A stretch of 64,000 bases of DNA from an uncultured Chloroflexia bacterium (GCA_963810095.1 CAWEMM010000012.1:544001-608000); one strand, 5' to 3'. Positions 1-10,693 are shown, counted from the stretch's first letter. Numbers and translations are program-made. Notes: generated by a model not told the origin, from the letters alone.

Positions 1-1
1 A

Positions 2-27
2 TCTTCGTGTCTTCGTGCCTTTGTGGT
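2..27. repeat. Right arm of CACRAAG-type palindromic repeat (family A), truncated by window edge
   Basis: TCTTCGTGTCTTCGTGCCTTTGTG at 2-25 is identical to 46004-46027. Confidence 0.75.
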
Positions 28-53
28 GAGTCACCGCTCTGAGGGAGGGATAA

Positions 54-929
54 ATGCGCGCGAGGCGAGCCCTGCTGTACATGCCGGGGGATGACGAGCG
101 GAAGATCCGCAAGGCGGCGACACTCGACGTAGACTGCGTGTGCCTGGACATGGAGGACGGCGTCGCGCTCAGCCGCAAGGACGACGCGTGGAGTCTGATC
201 CCGGCCATGCTGCGAGAATTGCACTTCGCCAGGGCCGAAAGACTCGTGCGGATCAACCCCGTGGGGTCGGGGATGGAGGCGGAGGACCTGCGGGCGGCGC
301 TCGAGGTCCGGCCAGACGGGATCGTGATCCCGAAGGTCGAGAGCGGGGACGCAATCCGCTGGGCCAGCGCTGAGATTGCGGCCTTCGAGCGGAGAAATGG
401 CTGGGACGGCGGCCAGATCGCCATTATCGTGCTGGTGGAAACCGCGCTCGGGATCGTCAACCTGAGGGAGATCGCATCGAGCGACCCGCGGCTGCAGGCG
501 CTCATCTTCGGCGCAGAAGACCTGGCGGGCGACATCGGCGCGGTACGGACGCGCGAGGGGTGGGAAGTGTTCTACGCCAGGAGCGCGGTGGTCACGCATG
601 CCGCCGCGTTCGGGCTCCAGGCGATCGACATGGTGTATATTGACTATAGGGACACCGAGGGGCTGGTGACCGAGTCAGTGGAGGCCGCCCGGCTGGGGTA
701 CGCGGGCAAGCAGGTGATCCACCCCAACCAGGTCGGGCCGGTGCAAGGCGCGTTTACGCCCGACGCCGGCGCCATTGCTCACGCAGAGCGGATCATGAAC
801 GCGATGGCGCAGCACCAGGAGGCGGGGAAAGGCGCGTTCAGCCTCGATGGCAAGATGATCGACATGCCGCTCGTGAAGGCGGCCGAGCGGGTGCTGGCGC
901 GGGCACGGGCCGCGGGGAAGGTCGCGTAA
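54..929 (+). CDS. citE: CitE/HpcH-HpaI family CoA-ester lyase (citrate lyase beta-like / malyl-CoA lyase)
   Basis: RALLYMPG, DCVCLDMEDGV, VIPKVES, LVETALG, FGAEDL, GKQVIHPNQV motifs. Confidence 0.85.
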   Translation: MRARRALLYMPGDDERKIRKAATLDVDCVCLDMEDGVALSRKDDAWSLIPAMLRELHFARAERLVRINPVGSGMEAEDLRAALEVRPDGIVIPKVESGDAIRWASAEIAAFERRNGWDGGQIAIIVLVETALGIVNLREIASSDPRLQALIFGAEDLAGDIGAVRTREGWEVFYARSAVVTHAAAFGLQAIDMVYIDYRDTEGLVTESVEAARLGYAGKQVIHPNQVGPVQGAFTPDAGAIAHAERIMNAMAQHQEAGKGAFSLDGKMIDMPLVKAAERVLARARAAGKVA

Positions 930-982
930 GCCAGAGGACAGACCTCTCAGGAACGAGGCCCACCTGACAGGCGCCCGCCCCC

Positions 983-2959
983 TTATCGCGCCGCCTTGAT
1001 CGCCTCCACTGCGGCCGGATCCTCCAGCGAGCTCACGTCCCCCGGGTCTTTCCCAAGATACGCGGCCCGAATCACCCGGTGCATGATCTTGGCGTTGCGC
1101 GTCCGCGGCAGCGCCGTCGTGAACAGGATCTCCCGCGGCTTGAGCGGCTTGCCCAGCTCCTCGATCACCAGGGCCATCAGTTCGCCCCGCAGCTGCTCGC
1201 TCGGCTCCCTGCCGGGCGCGAGGGTGCAGAAGCAGACCAACTCCTCGCCCTTGATTTCCTCGGGCGCACCGATGACCGCGGCCAGGGTGACCGCTGGGTG
1301 GCTGCACAGGATGGCCTCGACCTCCGCGGGCCCAACCCGCTTGCCGGCCACCTTGATCGTGTCGTCGGAGCGGCCCAGGATGTACCACTGCCCGTCCGCG
1401 TCCACCGTCGCCCAGTCGCCATGCACCCACACGCCGGGGAACCGCGCCCAGTATGCCTGGATATAGCGCTCCGGGTCGCGCCAGAAGCCGCGCGTCATCC
1501 CGATCCACGGCATACGGATCGCCAGCTCCCCCACCTCGCCCGGCCGGTCGCAGATCGAGTTGCCCTCCGCGTCCAGCACGTCGACCGCCATGCCTGTCGC
1601 GGGACCGCTGAACGCGGCCGGCTTGAGCGGCGTCAGCAGGTTGCCCTGGAGAATACCGCCCGAGATTTCAGTGCCGCCGGAGTAATTCAGGATGGGCAAC
1701 CGCCTTTCCCCGACGACCTCGAACAACCACGACCAGGACTCGGGATCCCACGGCGAGCCGGTGGAGCCGATCCAGCGCAGCGACGACACGTTATGTCTCC
1801 TGGCCGGTCCGTCGCCGTACTGGTGCAGGGTGCGAATCAAGGTCGGCGAGACACCCAGCCCCGTCACACCGTGCCGTTCGACCAGGGCCCACTGGCGGTC
1901 GACGTCGGGGTAGTCGGGCGCACCGTCGTACAGGAGAAAACTTGCACCCAGCAGAAGCGCGCCCCACACCTCCCACGGCCCCATCATCCAGCCCATGTCG
2001 GTGATCCAGTAGAGCACGTCGCCTGATTTCAAGTCGAAACCATGGCTGAGGTCCTGCGCCGCCTTGATGGGGAAGCCGCAATGCGTGTGGACCGCGCCCT
2101 TGGGCTTGCCCGTCGTGCCCGAAGTGTGAATGATCATGAGGGGATCTTCAGCAGAGGTGCGCTCGGTCGCCGCTTCAGGGGGCTGGCGGTCGACCAGCTC
2201 GTGCCACCAGTGATCACGGCCCGCCGTCATCGGCACTTCTTCGCCGTTACGCCGAAGCACGATCATGTGCCGGAGAGTGGGCACGTGGGCCGCAGCCGCG
2301 TCCGCGATGGGCTTCATCTGGTAGCACTTGGAGCGCCGGCATATGCCGTCGGCGGTGACCAGTGCGACGGCCCCCGCGTCGTTGAGCCGGGATGCAACAG
2401 CGCCCTCGCCGTAGCCTGAGAAGAGTGGAACGACGATCCCGCCGATCTTGCAGATGGCGAGCAGGCTGATCGCAATTTCGGGCACCATGGGCATGAAGAG
2501 GCCGATGGGGTCGCCCCTGCCCAGCCCAAGCTCCCGAAATGCGTTTGCCGCCCGGCAAACTTCAGCATTCAGTTCCGCATAAGTGAGATTGCGCACCGTC
2601 TGCGGAGCAGACGCCCCTTCCTCGCCTTCCCAGCGCAGTGCAACCGCATCTCCCCGCCCGGCCGCGATCCACTTGTCCAGGCAGTTGTGCACGATGTTCA
2701 TCACGCCGTCCACGCACCAAACGGGCCCCTCGATGCCGCCCGAGAAGTCCGCGGTGCGCGTGTAGGGTTCGTAGAACTCGATTCCGAGGTCGGCCATGAC
2801 CGCGTCCCAGAAACGCGAGACGTCGTCGAGGGAGCGGGGGGTCAAGGCATCAAGGGAGGGTGCTCCCGTCTTGCGCATGAAACGGGTGAGATTGGTTTGC
2901 TCGACCACGGCAGGATCGGGCCACCAGACAAAGTCGCCGGCGAACGCGGATTCAGGCAT
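983..2959 (-). CDS. Acetyl-CoA synthetase-like AMP-forming acyl-CoA ligase
   Basis: IIHTSGTTGKPKG, WITDMGWMMG, GRSDDTIKVAGKRVGPAEVE, LPRTRNAKIMHR; start MPESAF after GGGAGG. Confidence 0.9.
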   Translation of the reverse strand: MPESAFAGDFVWWPDPAVVEQTNLTRFMRKTGAPSLDALTPRSLDDVSRFWDAVMADLGIEFYEPYTRTADFSGGIEGPVWCVDGVMNIVHNCLDKWIAAGRGDAVALRWEGEEGASAPQTVRNLTYAELNAEVCRAANAFRELGLGRGDPIGLFMPMVPEIAISLLAICKIGGIVVPLFSGYGEGAVASRLNDAGAVALVTADGICRRSKCYQMKPIADAAAAHVPTLRHMIVLRRNGEEVPMTAGRDHWWHELVDRQPPEAATERTSAEDPLMIIHTSGTTGKPKGAVHTHCGFPIKAAQDLSHGFDLKSGDVLYWITDMGWMMGPWEVWGALLLGASFLLYDGAPDYPDVDRQWALVERHGVTGLGVSPTLIRTLHQYGDGPARRHNVSSLRWIGSTGSPWDPESWSWLFEVVGERRLPILNYSGGTEISGGILQGNLLTPLKPAAFSGPATGMAVDVLDAEGNSICDRPGEVGELAIRMPWIGMTRGFWRDPERYIQAYWARFPGVWVHGDWATVDADGQWYILGRSDDTIKVAGKRVGPAEVEAILCSHPAVTLAAVIGAPEEIKGEELVCFCTLAPGREPSEQLRGELMALVIEELGKPLKPREILFTTALPRTRNAKIMHRVIRAAYLGKDPGDVSSLEDPAAVEAIKAAR

Positions 2960-3126
2960 CGTTCTCCCCTCCCGTCCCCTGTCCAAGCCCTTGCCACAAC
3001 CGGCGCGGGACTCTCCACGCTGCGCCGCACGGCGCGGTGCTCTCGTCGAGGGCTCTCCGTTTGGCATCTGCGGACGAAGTGTAGGTGATGCCGGCGCGCG
3101 GTTCTATTACCTAGCTTCCACCCGGC

Positions 3127-4368
3127 TCAATCCATGGCGATGCTGCCTCTAATCGAAGAGGCAGTAAACGGGCCGGGCTGCGCAATCAGTTCGCGGGCCG
3201 CGTCCGTCTTGCCCCACACGTCCCACAAGAGCACGCCGCGCACCCGGCCCTCCTTAAGGTAGTACACCACGCCCTTACGGAAGGGCTCCTCCCAGTCGGC
3301 CACCGTCTCCAGGCGCGCATCCAGCTCGCCCACGGCCTCGTAACCGAGGTCGAAGAGGTCCGAGTAGAAGGACGGCAGGTGTGTATACTGGACGGGCTCG
3401 CCTGCGACGATGCTGTGAGCCATGGACTTGCCGGCCGCCATTCCCATCGTGTTGGCGTTGTCCTCGTGCTCCACCCGCATCCACTTGTCGAGCGCAGGGT
3501 TGTAGAACTTCGCCACGTCGCCCGCGGCGTAGATGTCGGGCTCGGTGGTGCGGAGGGCCGCGTCGACCACGATGCCGCCGTCGACCTTGAGCCCTGCCGC
3601 CTCGGCCAGCTCGGTGGCCGGGATGATGCCGATGCCCGCGACGACTCCGTCCCCGCGCAGTTCACGGGAGGCGCCGGTCTGCTCATCCCGGACCAGCACC
3701 CTGAAGCCCGCGCCATCCCGCTCGGCGCCGACCACCGCGGCCTGGCTTACGATCCCGACCCCCTTCTGACGATAGTAATCGGTGATGAAGGCCGCAAGGT
3801 CTCGGGGGAAGACACGCTGCCCAATCAGTTCGTCCGGGAATACCATGGTCACACGCTGGCCACACATGCTAAGAGCGGCAGCGACCTCTGACCCGATGAA
3901 GCCGCCACCGATTACGACAAACTCCTCACGGGCATCCACCAGGTCGCGCAGACGCCGGTAATCCTCGAGCGTACGATAGTAGATGATGCCTGGGCCGCCG
4001 GCGGTTGAGCCAGCGTCAAAAGGCAGCCGCCTGGGAGAACCCCCGGTCGCCAGGAGCAGCCTTTCGTAGGAGTACACGGTCCCCTGGTCATCGATCGCCT
4101 GGTGCGCGGCGGGGTCGAGGGCCACGACACGCCGGCCCAGATGCATGTCGACCGATCGCTCCACGGTCCCGCGCCAAATCTTGTCGACCGGCTTCCCCTT
4201 CCACAGCGCCTTGCTGAGCGGAGGGCGGCTGTAGGGCGCATCCGGCTCGGCGCCGATCAGCCCAACAGAGCCCGACGCATCACGGCTGCGAATTCCCCGC
4301 ACCGCCGCATCGGCAGTCATGCCCCCGCCTACGATCAGGTAACGATAGTGGTTAGTCGAAGCGGCCAT
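3127..4368 (-). CDS. NAD(P)/FAD-dependent oxidoreductase (ferredoxin reductase-like)
   Basis: IVGGGMTA, PYSRPPLSK, LLLATG, IGGGFIGSE, IYAAGDVA motifs. Confidence 0.85.
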   Translation of the reverse strand: MAASTNHYRYLIVGGGMTADAAVRGIRSRDASGSVGLIGAEPDAPYSRPPLSKALWKGKPVDKIWRGTVERSVDMHLGRRVVALDPAAHQAIDDQGTVYSYERLLLATGGSPRRLPFDAGSTAGGPGIIYYRTLEDYRRLRDLVDAREEFVVIGGGFIGSEVAAALSMCGQRVTMVFPDELIGQRVFPRDLAAFITDYYRQKGVGIVSQAAVVGAERDGAGFRVLVRDEQTGASRELRGDGVVAGIGIIPATELAEAAGLKVDGGIVVDAALRTTEPDIYAAGDVAKFYNPALDKWMRVEHEDNANTMGMAAGKSMAHSIVAGEPVQYTHLPSFYSDLFDLGYEAVGELDARLETVADWEEPFRKGVVYYLKEGRVRGVLLWDVWGKTDAARELIAQPGPFTASSIRGSIAMD

Positions 4369-4446
4369 GTGTTGATCCTCCTGACGTGCAAGTAGTGGGG
4401 GCGAGCTTTAGCTCGCCCAGCGCGACGTGCGAGCTGAAGCTCGCCA

Positions 4447-5097
4447 CTACAATAGAGACGCGTTTCCGAGGGGGCCCATCTGGACTTCCAGGTCGCGCTT
4501 CAGTTCGGCGTCGTGCTGGAACGCGCCAAGCAACGTGCGCGTGACCATGCGCGCGCCAGGCTTTTGCACCCCCCGGAGCATCATGCACAAGTGCACGGCT
4601 TCGACCGCCACGGCCACGCCTTTCGGGGCCAGCGCATCCGAAAGGCACTCGGCAATCTGCTGGGTCATCTGTTCCTGCAACTGCAGGCGGTGCGCAAACA
4701 TATCTACGATGCGCGGGATCTTCGACAGGCCAACCACCTGGCGGTCGGGCAAGTAGGCCACGTGCACCCGGCCAAAAAACGGCAGCAGGTGATGCTCGCA
4801 CAAGCTGTGGAACGGGATGTCTTTCACCAGCACGATCCCCGCGTACTCGGTGGGAAAGAGCGCACCGTTAATCAAGGCGTGTGAGTCCATGTCGTAACCG
4901 GACAGCAGCTCACGGTACATCCGCGCCACACGGTCGGGCGTCCGCTCGAGGCCCGGCCGCTCCACATCCTCGCCGAGCGACGCCAGAAGAGTGCGCACGC
5001 TGGCCGCCAGGGGATCGCCGGCCGGCCCATCCGCCTCCCCTTCCACGAAGATCGTATCTTCAAGCCGGCTAGCCGGCTGCAGGTCCACAGGTTTCAT
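4447..5097 (-). CDS. folE: GTP cyclohydrolase I
   Basis: TPDRVARMY, SLCEHHLLPF, GLSKIPR, LQLQE, HLCMMLRG; RBS AGGAGG before ATG at 5097. Confidence 0.93.
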   Translation of the reverse strand: MKPVDLQPASRLEDTIFVEGEADGPAGDPLAASVRTLLASLGEDVERPGLERTPDRVARMYRELLSGYDMDSHALINGALFPTEYAGIVLVKDIPFHSLCEHHLLPFFGRVHVAYLPDRQVVGLSKIPRIVDMFAHRLQLQEQMTQQIAECLSDALAPKGVAVAVEAVHLCMMLRGVQKPGARMVTRTLLGAFQHDAELKRDLEVQMGPLGNASLL

Positions 5098-5364
5098 AAC
5101 CCCTCCTGGCATTTGCTTCGCTTCCGGGACGCCGCCGGCAGGTGCTCTGGACCTCGTCCCCTGGCGCTGCAGTAGCCAATTTCGTAGTTGCTGTAACAAC
5201 TACTAGTATTACAACAGCAGAGCGACCACTTATGTAAGGAGGCGTGCCAAACGGAGACGTTTGCGCCCATCCCGGCTCTGAGCGAGTACCCTTCCCGACG
5301 GAAAGCAGGTATACTGTCGAGCCTTGAATGGGGCAGAACTGAATCGACTAACGGGAGGTTGACA

Positions 5365-5877
5365 ATGGATGCTGTCTCTATGTTGCGGACGCAGATGCGC
5401 GAGGCGCACGACTTACTGGAATCCACGCTGGGCGATATCACGCCCGAGCAGTTGCATTTCGTCCCGCCCGGCCGGGCGCTGCCCATCGGTGCGGCCTACT
5501 CGCACGTGCTCTTCTCCGAGGACATCCTCGTCCAGCACACGAAGGGCGAGCCGCCGCTGTACGAGTCGGGCACGGCGACGGGCGCCAGCGAGCCGCACCC
5601 GAACTTCATGCGGGACGACTGGAGCGTCTACCCCGCATGGACGCATAGCGTCCGGTTCGATCTGCCGCAGCTCAGGGCCTATGCGCAGCGCGTGTACGCC
5701 AACACCGACGCTTGGCTGGCGGGGCTGACCGACGCGGACCTGGACAAGGCGGATGATTTCCTGCAGCAAAACGTGGGCCACCTGATCACCCGCGCCATGA
5801 TTGCCCATGCGGACAATCTGACCGGGGAGATTTCGGCGATCAAGGGCGTCCAGGGATTACAGGGCTATCCGTTCTGA
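5365..5877 (+). CDS. DinB/YfiT family protein
   Basis: Four-helix DinB pattern with H(VLFSED) and HADNLTGEI; GGGAGG RBS. Confidence 0.7.
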   Translation: MDAVSMLRTQMREAHDLLESTLGDITPEQLHFVPPGRALPIGAAYSHVLFSEDILVQHTKGEPPLYESGTATGASEPHPNFMRDDWSVYPAWTHSVRFDLPQLRAYAQRVYANTDAWLAGLTDADLDKADDFLQQNVGHLITRAMIAHADNLTGEISAIKGVQGLQGYPF

Positions 5878-5885
5878 GGGCGTGG

Positions 5886-6572
5886 ATGATGGACGTACAG
5901 GACAAAGTTGCGATCGTGACCGGCGCGTCCGAGGGCATCGGCGAGGCAACCGCCCGGCTCCTGGCCAAGGAAGGGGCACAAGTGGCCCTCGTCGCGCGCT
6001 CGACGGAGAAGCTCGAACGGCTGGCCGCCGAGCTGCCCCGGTCGTTCGCCTACACGGCCGACCTGCGCGACATGGCCGCGGTTCGGGGCATGGTCGAGGC
6101 CGTCGCGCAGCATTACGGCCGCCTTGACATTCTGATCAATAACGCGGGCCGCGGCCTGCACGGGACGCCGGTCGAGCAGATCCCCATCGACGACTTCCGC
6201 GAGCTCTTTGAGCTCAACATCGTCGGCCCGCTCGTCGCCATGCAGACCGCCATCCCCATCATGCGGCAGCAAGGCGGCGGCGTGATCGTCAACATCAGCT
6301 CGCGACTCTCGAAGCTGCGCGTGCCCGGCGTCGCGGCATACGCGTCGACCAAGTACATGCTCAACGGGCTGACTCTCACGGCCCGCGAGGAGCTTGCCCG
6401 GGACAACATCCGCGTCTCGCTGGTGCTGCCAGGCCGCACCGCAACCCGCTTCCAGCTGAATTCGATGGGCCGGTCGGCCGATCCCCGTCCGCAGGGCGAT
6501 TCGGCCGAGAAGGTGGCCGAGGCTATCCTGGCCGCGATCCGGACTGAAGAGGCCGAGGTGACTGTATCATGA
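5886..6572 (+). CDS. Short-chain dehydrogenase/reductase
   Basis: TGASEGIG, NNAG, YASTK. Confidence 0.9.
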   Translation: MMDVQDKVAIVTGASEGIGEATARLLAKEGAQVALVARSTEKLERLAAELPRSFAYTADLRDMAAVRGMVEAVAQHYGRLDILINNAGRGLHGTPVEQIPIDDFRELFELNIVGPLVAMQTAIPIMRQQGGGVIVNISSRLSKLRVPGVAAYASTKYMLNGLTLTAREELARDNIRVSLVLPGRTATRFQLNSMGRSADPRPQGDSAEKVAEAILAAIRTEEAEVTVS

Positions 6573-7280
6573 CTGCCGGACCCGAATCTCAGGGCGAGCT
6601 GTGGTCGGAAGTGGATCGTTACCTGGTCGACCTGATCGTCCGGCCAGATGCATCACTGGAGGCCGCCCGCGACATCGAGCGCGACCGCGGGGCTGCCGTC
6701 GATCGAAGTCTCGGCCAACCAGGGCAAACTGCTGATGGTGCTGGCGTTGGCAGTGGGCGCGAAGCGTGTCCTGGAAATCGGCACGCTCGGCGGCTACAGC
6801 ACGATCTGGCTGGCGAAGGCGATGGCCGAACCGCTGCAGCGCGGCGAAGGCTGCCTTCTCACGGTCGAGATGGAGCCGAAACATGCCGCGCTCGCGCGGG
6901 AGAACATCGCGCGGGCCGGGCTGTCCGGGGTCGTCGGCGTGCGCGAAGGCCGGGCCGCCAACGTGATGGCCCAACTCGCCGCGGAAGGACTCGGGCCCTT
7001 CGACCTGATCTTCATCGACGCGGACAAACCGGGCTACGTCGAATACTTCGAGCTGGCGCTCAAGCTCTCCCGGGTCGGGACGGTGATCTTCGCGGACAAC
7101 GTCGTCCGGCGGGGCGCCGTGCTCGATCCCGACAGCAGCGACCCGTCGGTGCAGGGTGCGCGGCGGTTCAACGAACGCCTCGCCGCCGAGCCGCGCGTCG
7201 TCGCAACTGCGATACAGACCGTTGGCAGCAAGGGCCACGACGGGTTTGCGCTGGCGGTGGTGACGGCGCCCACGCGCTGA
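6569..7280 (+). CDS. SAM-dependent O-methyltransferase (COMT/CCoAOMT-like), one frameshift near 6675
   Basis: N-terminus WSEVDRY in one frame continues as GLPSIEVSANQGKLL, LEIGTLGGYSTIWLA, FIDADK, DNVV in another. Confidence 0.85.
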
Positions 7281-7395
7281 GACCCCGAAACAAGCGGAAC
7301 ACAGCCGCCCGTACTACCCCTCGGTGCTCGCCCTGAGGCGGGCTCCGAGGCGCCCCTCCCCTCCCGATTCCGCCTTCAACTCGCACCCGGCCAAT

Positions 7396-7439
7396 TTGAC
7401 ATCCGGCCGCGTCTGACTTATATTTACACCGTAAATATA
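7396..7439 (+). promoter_or_regulatory. Sigma70 promoter overlapped by a probable TetR operator
   Basis: TTGACA(7396)-N17-TATATT; palindrome TATATTTAC-ACC-GTAAATATA at 7419-7439. Confidence 0.7.
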
Positions 7440-7461
7440 CTACGTATAATTAATGGAGAAT

Positions 7462-8226
7462 ATGACCCGGCCTAAGCGTGAAGGGGGTCGAGAGCGTTCG
7501 CAGACGGTCAGCCGAATCAAGGCGATCGCCCACTCGCAGATGGCCCAGTACGGCACAGCTGGCCTGTCTCTGCGCGGCATCGCCCGAGAGATGGGCATGA
7601 CTGCGCCTGCGATTTACAACTACTTTCCCCGCCTGGACGATCTGATCACCGCGCTGATCGTCGACGCATTCAGCGCTCTGGCCGTCTCCATGGAGACGGC
7701 GGAGGGCGAGTTGGATTCGAGCAGCCCCTACGAAAACGTGGTTGAGTTGTGTGTCGCGTACCGCGCCTGGGCCGCCGGCCACCCGTTCGAGTTTCAGCTG
7801 ATCTACGGCAATCCCATTCCCGGCTACCACGCGCCCGAAGAGATCACGATTCCGCTGGCCCGGCGCCCGTTCCTGGGTCTGTTCCGGTGGTTCCTGACCG
7901 CGTACGCCGCCGGGGAGCTCGCAATCCCTCCGGAATACTCCTCCGTGCCGGCTCCGATGGCGGAGGGAATTGCGGTCTGGCGGAACCTCTCGGGCATCGA
8001 CGTGCCAGATCCGCTGCTCGGGCTGCTGATGAGCGGCTGGAGTAGGATGCACGGCGCGGTGATGCTCGAGCTGTTCGGACACATTCAACCCCTCGTGGGC
8101 GACCCCGAGGCATTTTTCCGCTACGAGATCGGTGCGTTCGCCAGCAGGCTTGGTTTGCGCAAGCCGGAGCGCACCGAACGGCACACACAACAGCATAAAC
8201 AACCTCAGGAGCAAGATCATGTCTGA
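7462..8226 (+). CDS. TetR/AcrR family regulator with WHG C-terminal domain
   Basis: LSLRGIAREMGMTAPAIYNYF HTH; WSRMHG motif. Confidence 0.88.
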   Translation: MTRPKREGGRERSQTVSRIKAIAHSQMAQYGTAGLSLRGIAREMGMTAPAIYNYFPRLDDLITALIVDAFSALAVSMETAEGELDSSSPYENVVELCVAYRAWAAGHPFEFQLIYGNPIPGYHAPEEITIPLARRPFLGLFRWFLTAYAAGELAIPPEYSSVPAPMAEGIAVWRNLSGIDVPDPLLGLLMSGWSRMHGAVMLELFGHIQPLVGDPEAFFRYEIGAFASRLGLRKPERTERHTQQHKQPQEQDHV

Positions 8227-9178
8227 GTTGCACGTCGTGCTTGGCGCAGGTCCGGTGGGGCGGTCGGTCATCGAAGAGCTGATGCGCCGCGGCAAGCGGA
8301 TCCGGGTGGTCAGCCGATCGGGGAAGATGGCAGAGGCACCGGCGGCCGAGGGAGCGAGCGTCGAGCTCGTCGCCGGCGATTTGTACGATGTACCCACGGT
8401 GCGGCGGCTGACCGAAGGCGCCGCAGTCGTCTACCAATGCAGCCAGCCACTGTATTGGGAGTGGTCGCAAAAGTTCCCCCCCTTGCAGGCCGCGATCATC
8501 GAGGGGTTGGCCGGGTCGGCCACACGGCTCGTGGTCGTAGAGAACTGTTACATGTACGGCGACACGGACGGGAAACGACTGACCGAAGATCTTCCGTATG
8601 CGGCGCAGACCCGAAAAGGGCGGGTGCGGGCAGCCATGAGCGAAGCTGCGCTCGCCGCGCATCGCGATGGGAAGGTCGCAGTGGCCCTCGGCCGGGCGTC
8701 CGACTTCTTTGGCCCGTGGGCGCTCGATTCGGCGTTCGGCGACAGGGCCTTCTACCCCGCTCTCGCCGGCAAAGCGGCGAGCTTCGCCGGCGCGCTGGAC
8801 CTGCCGCACACGGCGACCTACGTCGCGGACTTCGGCCGCGCGCTGGTCATCCTTGGCGAGCGAGAGGAGGCCTTGGGCAGGGCCTGGCATGTGCCGAGCG
8901 ACTGCCCGGAGATCACGCAGCGCCAGTTTGCCGAGCTCATATTCAGAGAAACGGGCCACCCGACCAAGGTCAGTGCGATGGGCAAGACGATGATGGCCAT
9001 GGCGGGGCTCTTCATCCCGGGTGCCCGGGAGTCCGTAGAGATGATGTACGAATTTGATAAACCGTTTGTGGTCGATGCGAGCAGCTTCGAGCGCGCATTT
9101 GGCATGCGGCCCACGCCCATCGCTGAGGCAGTCAAGGCGACCGTGGAGTGGTATCGCACACATCCTCACAAGAAGTAA
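8219..9178 (+). CDS. NAD-dependent epimerase/dehydratase family protein
   Basis: VLGAGPVG, ENCYMYG, RASDFFGP. Confidence 0.85.
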   Translation: MSELHVVLGAGPVGRSVIEELMRRGKRIRVVSRSGKMAEAPAAEGASVELVAGDLYDVPTVRRLTEGAAVVYQCSQPLYWEWSQKFPPLQAAIIEGLAGSATRLVVVENCYMYGDTDGKRLTEDLPYAAQTRKGRVRAAMSEAALAAHRDGKVAVALGRASDFFGPWALDSAFGDRAFYPALAGKAASFAGALDLPHTATYVADFGRALVILGEREEALGRAWHVPSDCPEITQRQFAELIFRETGHPTKVSAMGKTMMAMAGLFIPGARESVEMMYEFDKPFVVDASSFERAFGMRPTPIAEAVKATVEWYRTHPHKK

Positions 9179-9188
9179 GGGGGCAAGA

Positions 9189-9232
9189 CAAGAGGGGGGC
9201 GCCTCTGCAGCCGGAGGGGGCGCCCCCTCTTG
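9189..9232. terminator. GC-rich hairpin between convergent genes
   Basis: CAAGAGGGGGGCGCC ... GGCGCCCCCTCTTG. Confidence 0.55.
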
Positions 9233-9275
9233 CCCGTCTGGCGGCGGCCGGCCTGCGACACTCGAAGCGTGGAAG

Positions 9276-10229
9276 TTACATCCGAAGAGCCTCGGCTGTG
9301 CGCCAGCCTTGTTCCCAGCGCGACGCGATCGCGGGCTCGACCAGGAAGCTGCGCTCGTCCTGCGCGCTGCCCCATTCGAGGCGCAGCTTCACCCTGGCCA
9401 ACGGGACGCCGTCTGTCACGGTCATCTCCGCCACCCGATCCAGCGGAATGTAGGTGAAGATCCAGCCGTATTCGCCGTCCGTCTTCTTCCTATGCCACAC
9501 CGACGCCCGCTTCTCCTCGATCACGACCGCCTTGCGATCGGTGAGCGCGAATAAGGTGTTGGGCGTGACCTGCTGGGGGAGGATGCCGCGGCGCTGCCAG
9601 ATGGCGGGCTGGAAAACCGCGGCATGGAGCAACTCCCCCGGCTCCAGCGAGTAGTAGCGCAACCCGTTGGCGAACTTGAACGGCAGCTTCCTGATGACGG
9701 CAGTATTGAACGCCAGGGCCTCCGCATCATCACAGCTCGAAGCGACCGGGCTCGCTTCGGAGATAAAGCGTCCGAGCGGCTCGCGCAGCGCCTGCCAGAT
9801 CACCGTGTTATATTCCAGGCGCACCTCTGCTGGCTGGCTCCCGCAGTCCGCCTTGAACTCGAGCAGGCCGTACAGCAGCAGCAGGCTGGACCGCAGATAC
9901 AGCAGCGCCCCGACGTCGATCATCGTAACCCGCGACTGCGTGTCCTCCGTTCGAGCCGCCACATGGAGCACGGCGCCCTCCAGGAAGACCAGTGCCCGCT
10001 CGGGCACATACTCCCAGTGCACCTTCTTGCGCACAAAATACTCGGGCGGGAAGACGAGCGCGCCGCGCACGGCCCGGCCGGGCGGCAGCGCCGGACGGGC
10101 CACTTGGAGGAGGCTCGGGGGCAAAGCTTCCACGCTGTCGTAAAATTCCGGCATGGGATGGCGGCGCAACCGGAGCCATTCGGACAGACCGACGCGCGGC
10201 GTAATCGGGACGGAACTGGCAGACATCAC
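9276..10229 (-). CDS. Hypothetical protein (possibly two tandem PH-like domains)
   Basis: 317-aa ORF, stop/start coupled to the upstream DinB gene; no recognised family. Confidence 0.6.
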   Translation of the reverse strand: MMSASSVPITPRVGLSEWLRLRRHPMPEFYDSVEALPPSLLQVARPALPPGRAVRGALVFPPEYFVRKKVHWEYVPERALVFLEGAVLHVAARTEDTQSRVTMIDVGALLYLRSSLLLLYGLLEFKADCGSQPAEVRLEYNTVIWQALREPLGRFISEASPVASSCDDAEALAFNTAVIRKLPFKFANGLRYYSLEPGELLHAAVFQPAIWQRRGILPQQVTPNTLFALTDRKAVVIEEKRASVWHRKKTDGEYGWIFTYIPLDRVAEMTVTDGVPLARVKLRLEWGSAQDERSFLVEPAIASRWEQGWRTAEALRM

Positions 10230-10693
10230 TCACTCCTGGCGGCGCGCGCCTCCCACAGTTGGCGCGTCAGTTGAGCGTGACCGGCATGCATGGCGGTGTG
10301 CTCCAGCGCATGCAGCAGCGCCCACCCAACCGTCACCTCGCGGCCGTCACGCGGTGAGGTGCGGGTCTCGGCCAAGTGGCCGACCGTTAGCCGCTCGAGC
10401 GCGGCCTGCGCGTAGACGAGCGAACCCTGCAGCCGCTCGAGCGCTTGCCCCCCGGTCACTCCCTTCGTGAGGAACTCGCCCGGCCGGTTGCGCTCTAGCG
10501 AATCGTCCAGCGCGATGTCGCCGATCCAAAATCGCTCGGCGCCCGCGCTGTGCACGGCCAGGACTGCCAACGAGTTGGTCCCTTCCCCGGGCGACCAGTT
10601 GACCCCTTCGTCGGGGAGCCCGTCGATGGCGCGGTTGAACTCCCCGTGCATAGTCTTGAGGAGGCTGAGGTAGTCTACAAAGAATGGCTCCAC
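10226..10693 (-). CDS. DinB family protein (DUF664/DUF1572-like)
   Basis: NSLAVLAVHSAGAERFW and HALEHTAMHAGH; GTG start after AAGGAG. Confidence 0.8.
   Translation of the reverse strand: MEPFFVDYLSLLKTMHGEFNRAIDGLPDEGVNWSPGEGTNSLAVLAVHSAGAERFWIGDIALDDSLERNRPGEFLTKGVTGGQALERLQGSLVYAQAALERLTVGHLAETRTSPRDGREVTVGWALLHALEHTAMHAGHAQLTRQLWEARAARSE

Noticed and set aside
5232-5250. Possible sigma54 promoter upstream of folE (TTGGCACG on the minus strand)
   Set aside because: No TTGC at the required -12 spacing
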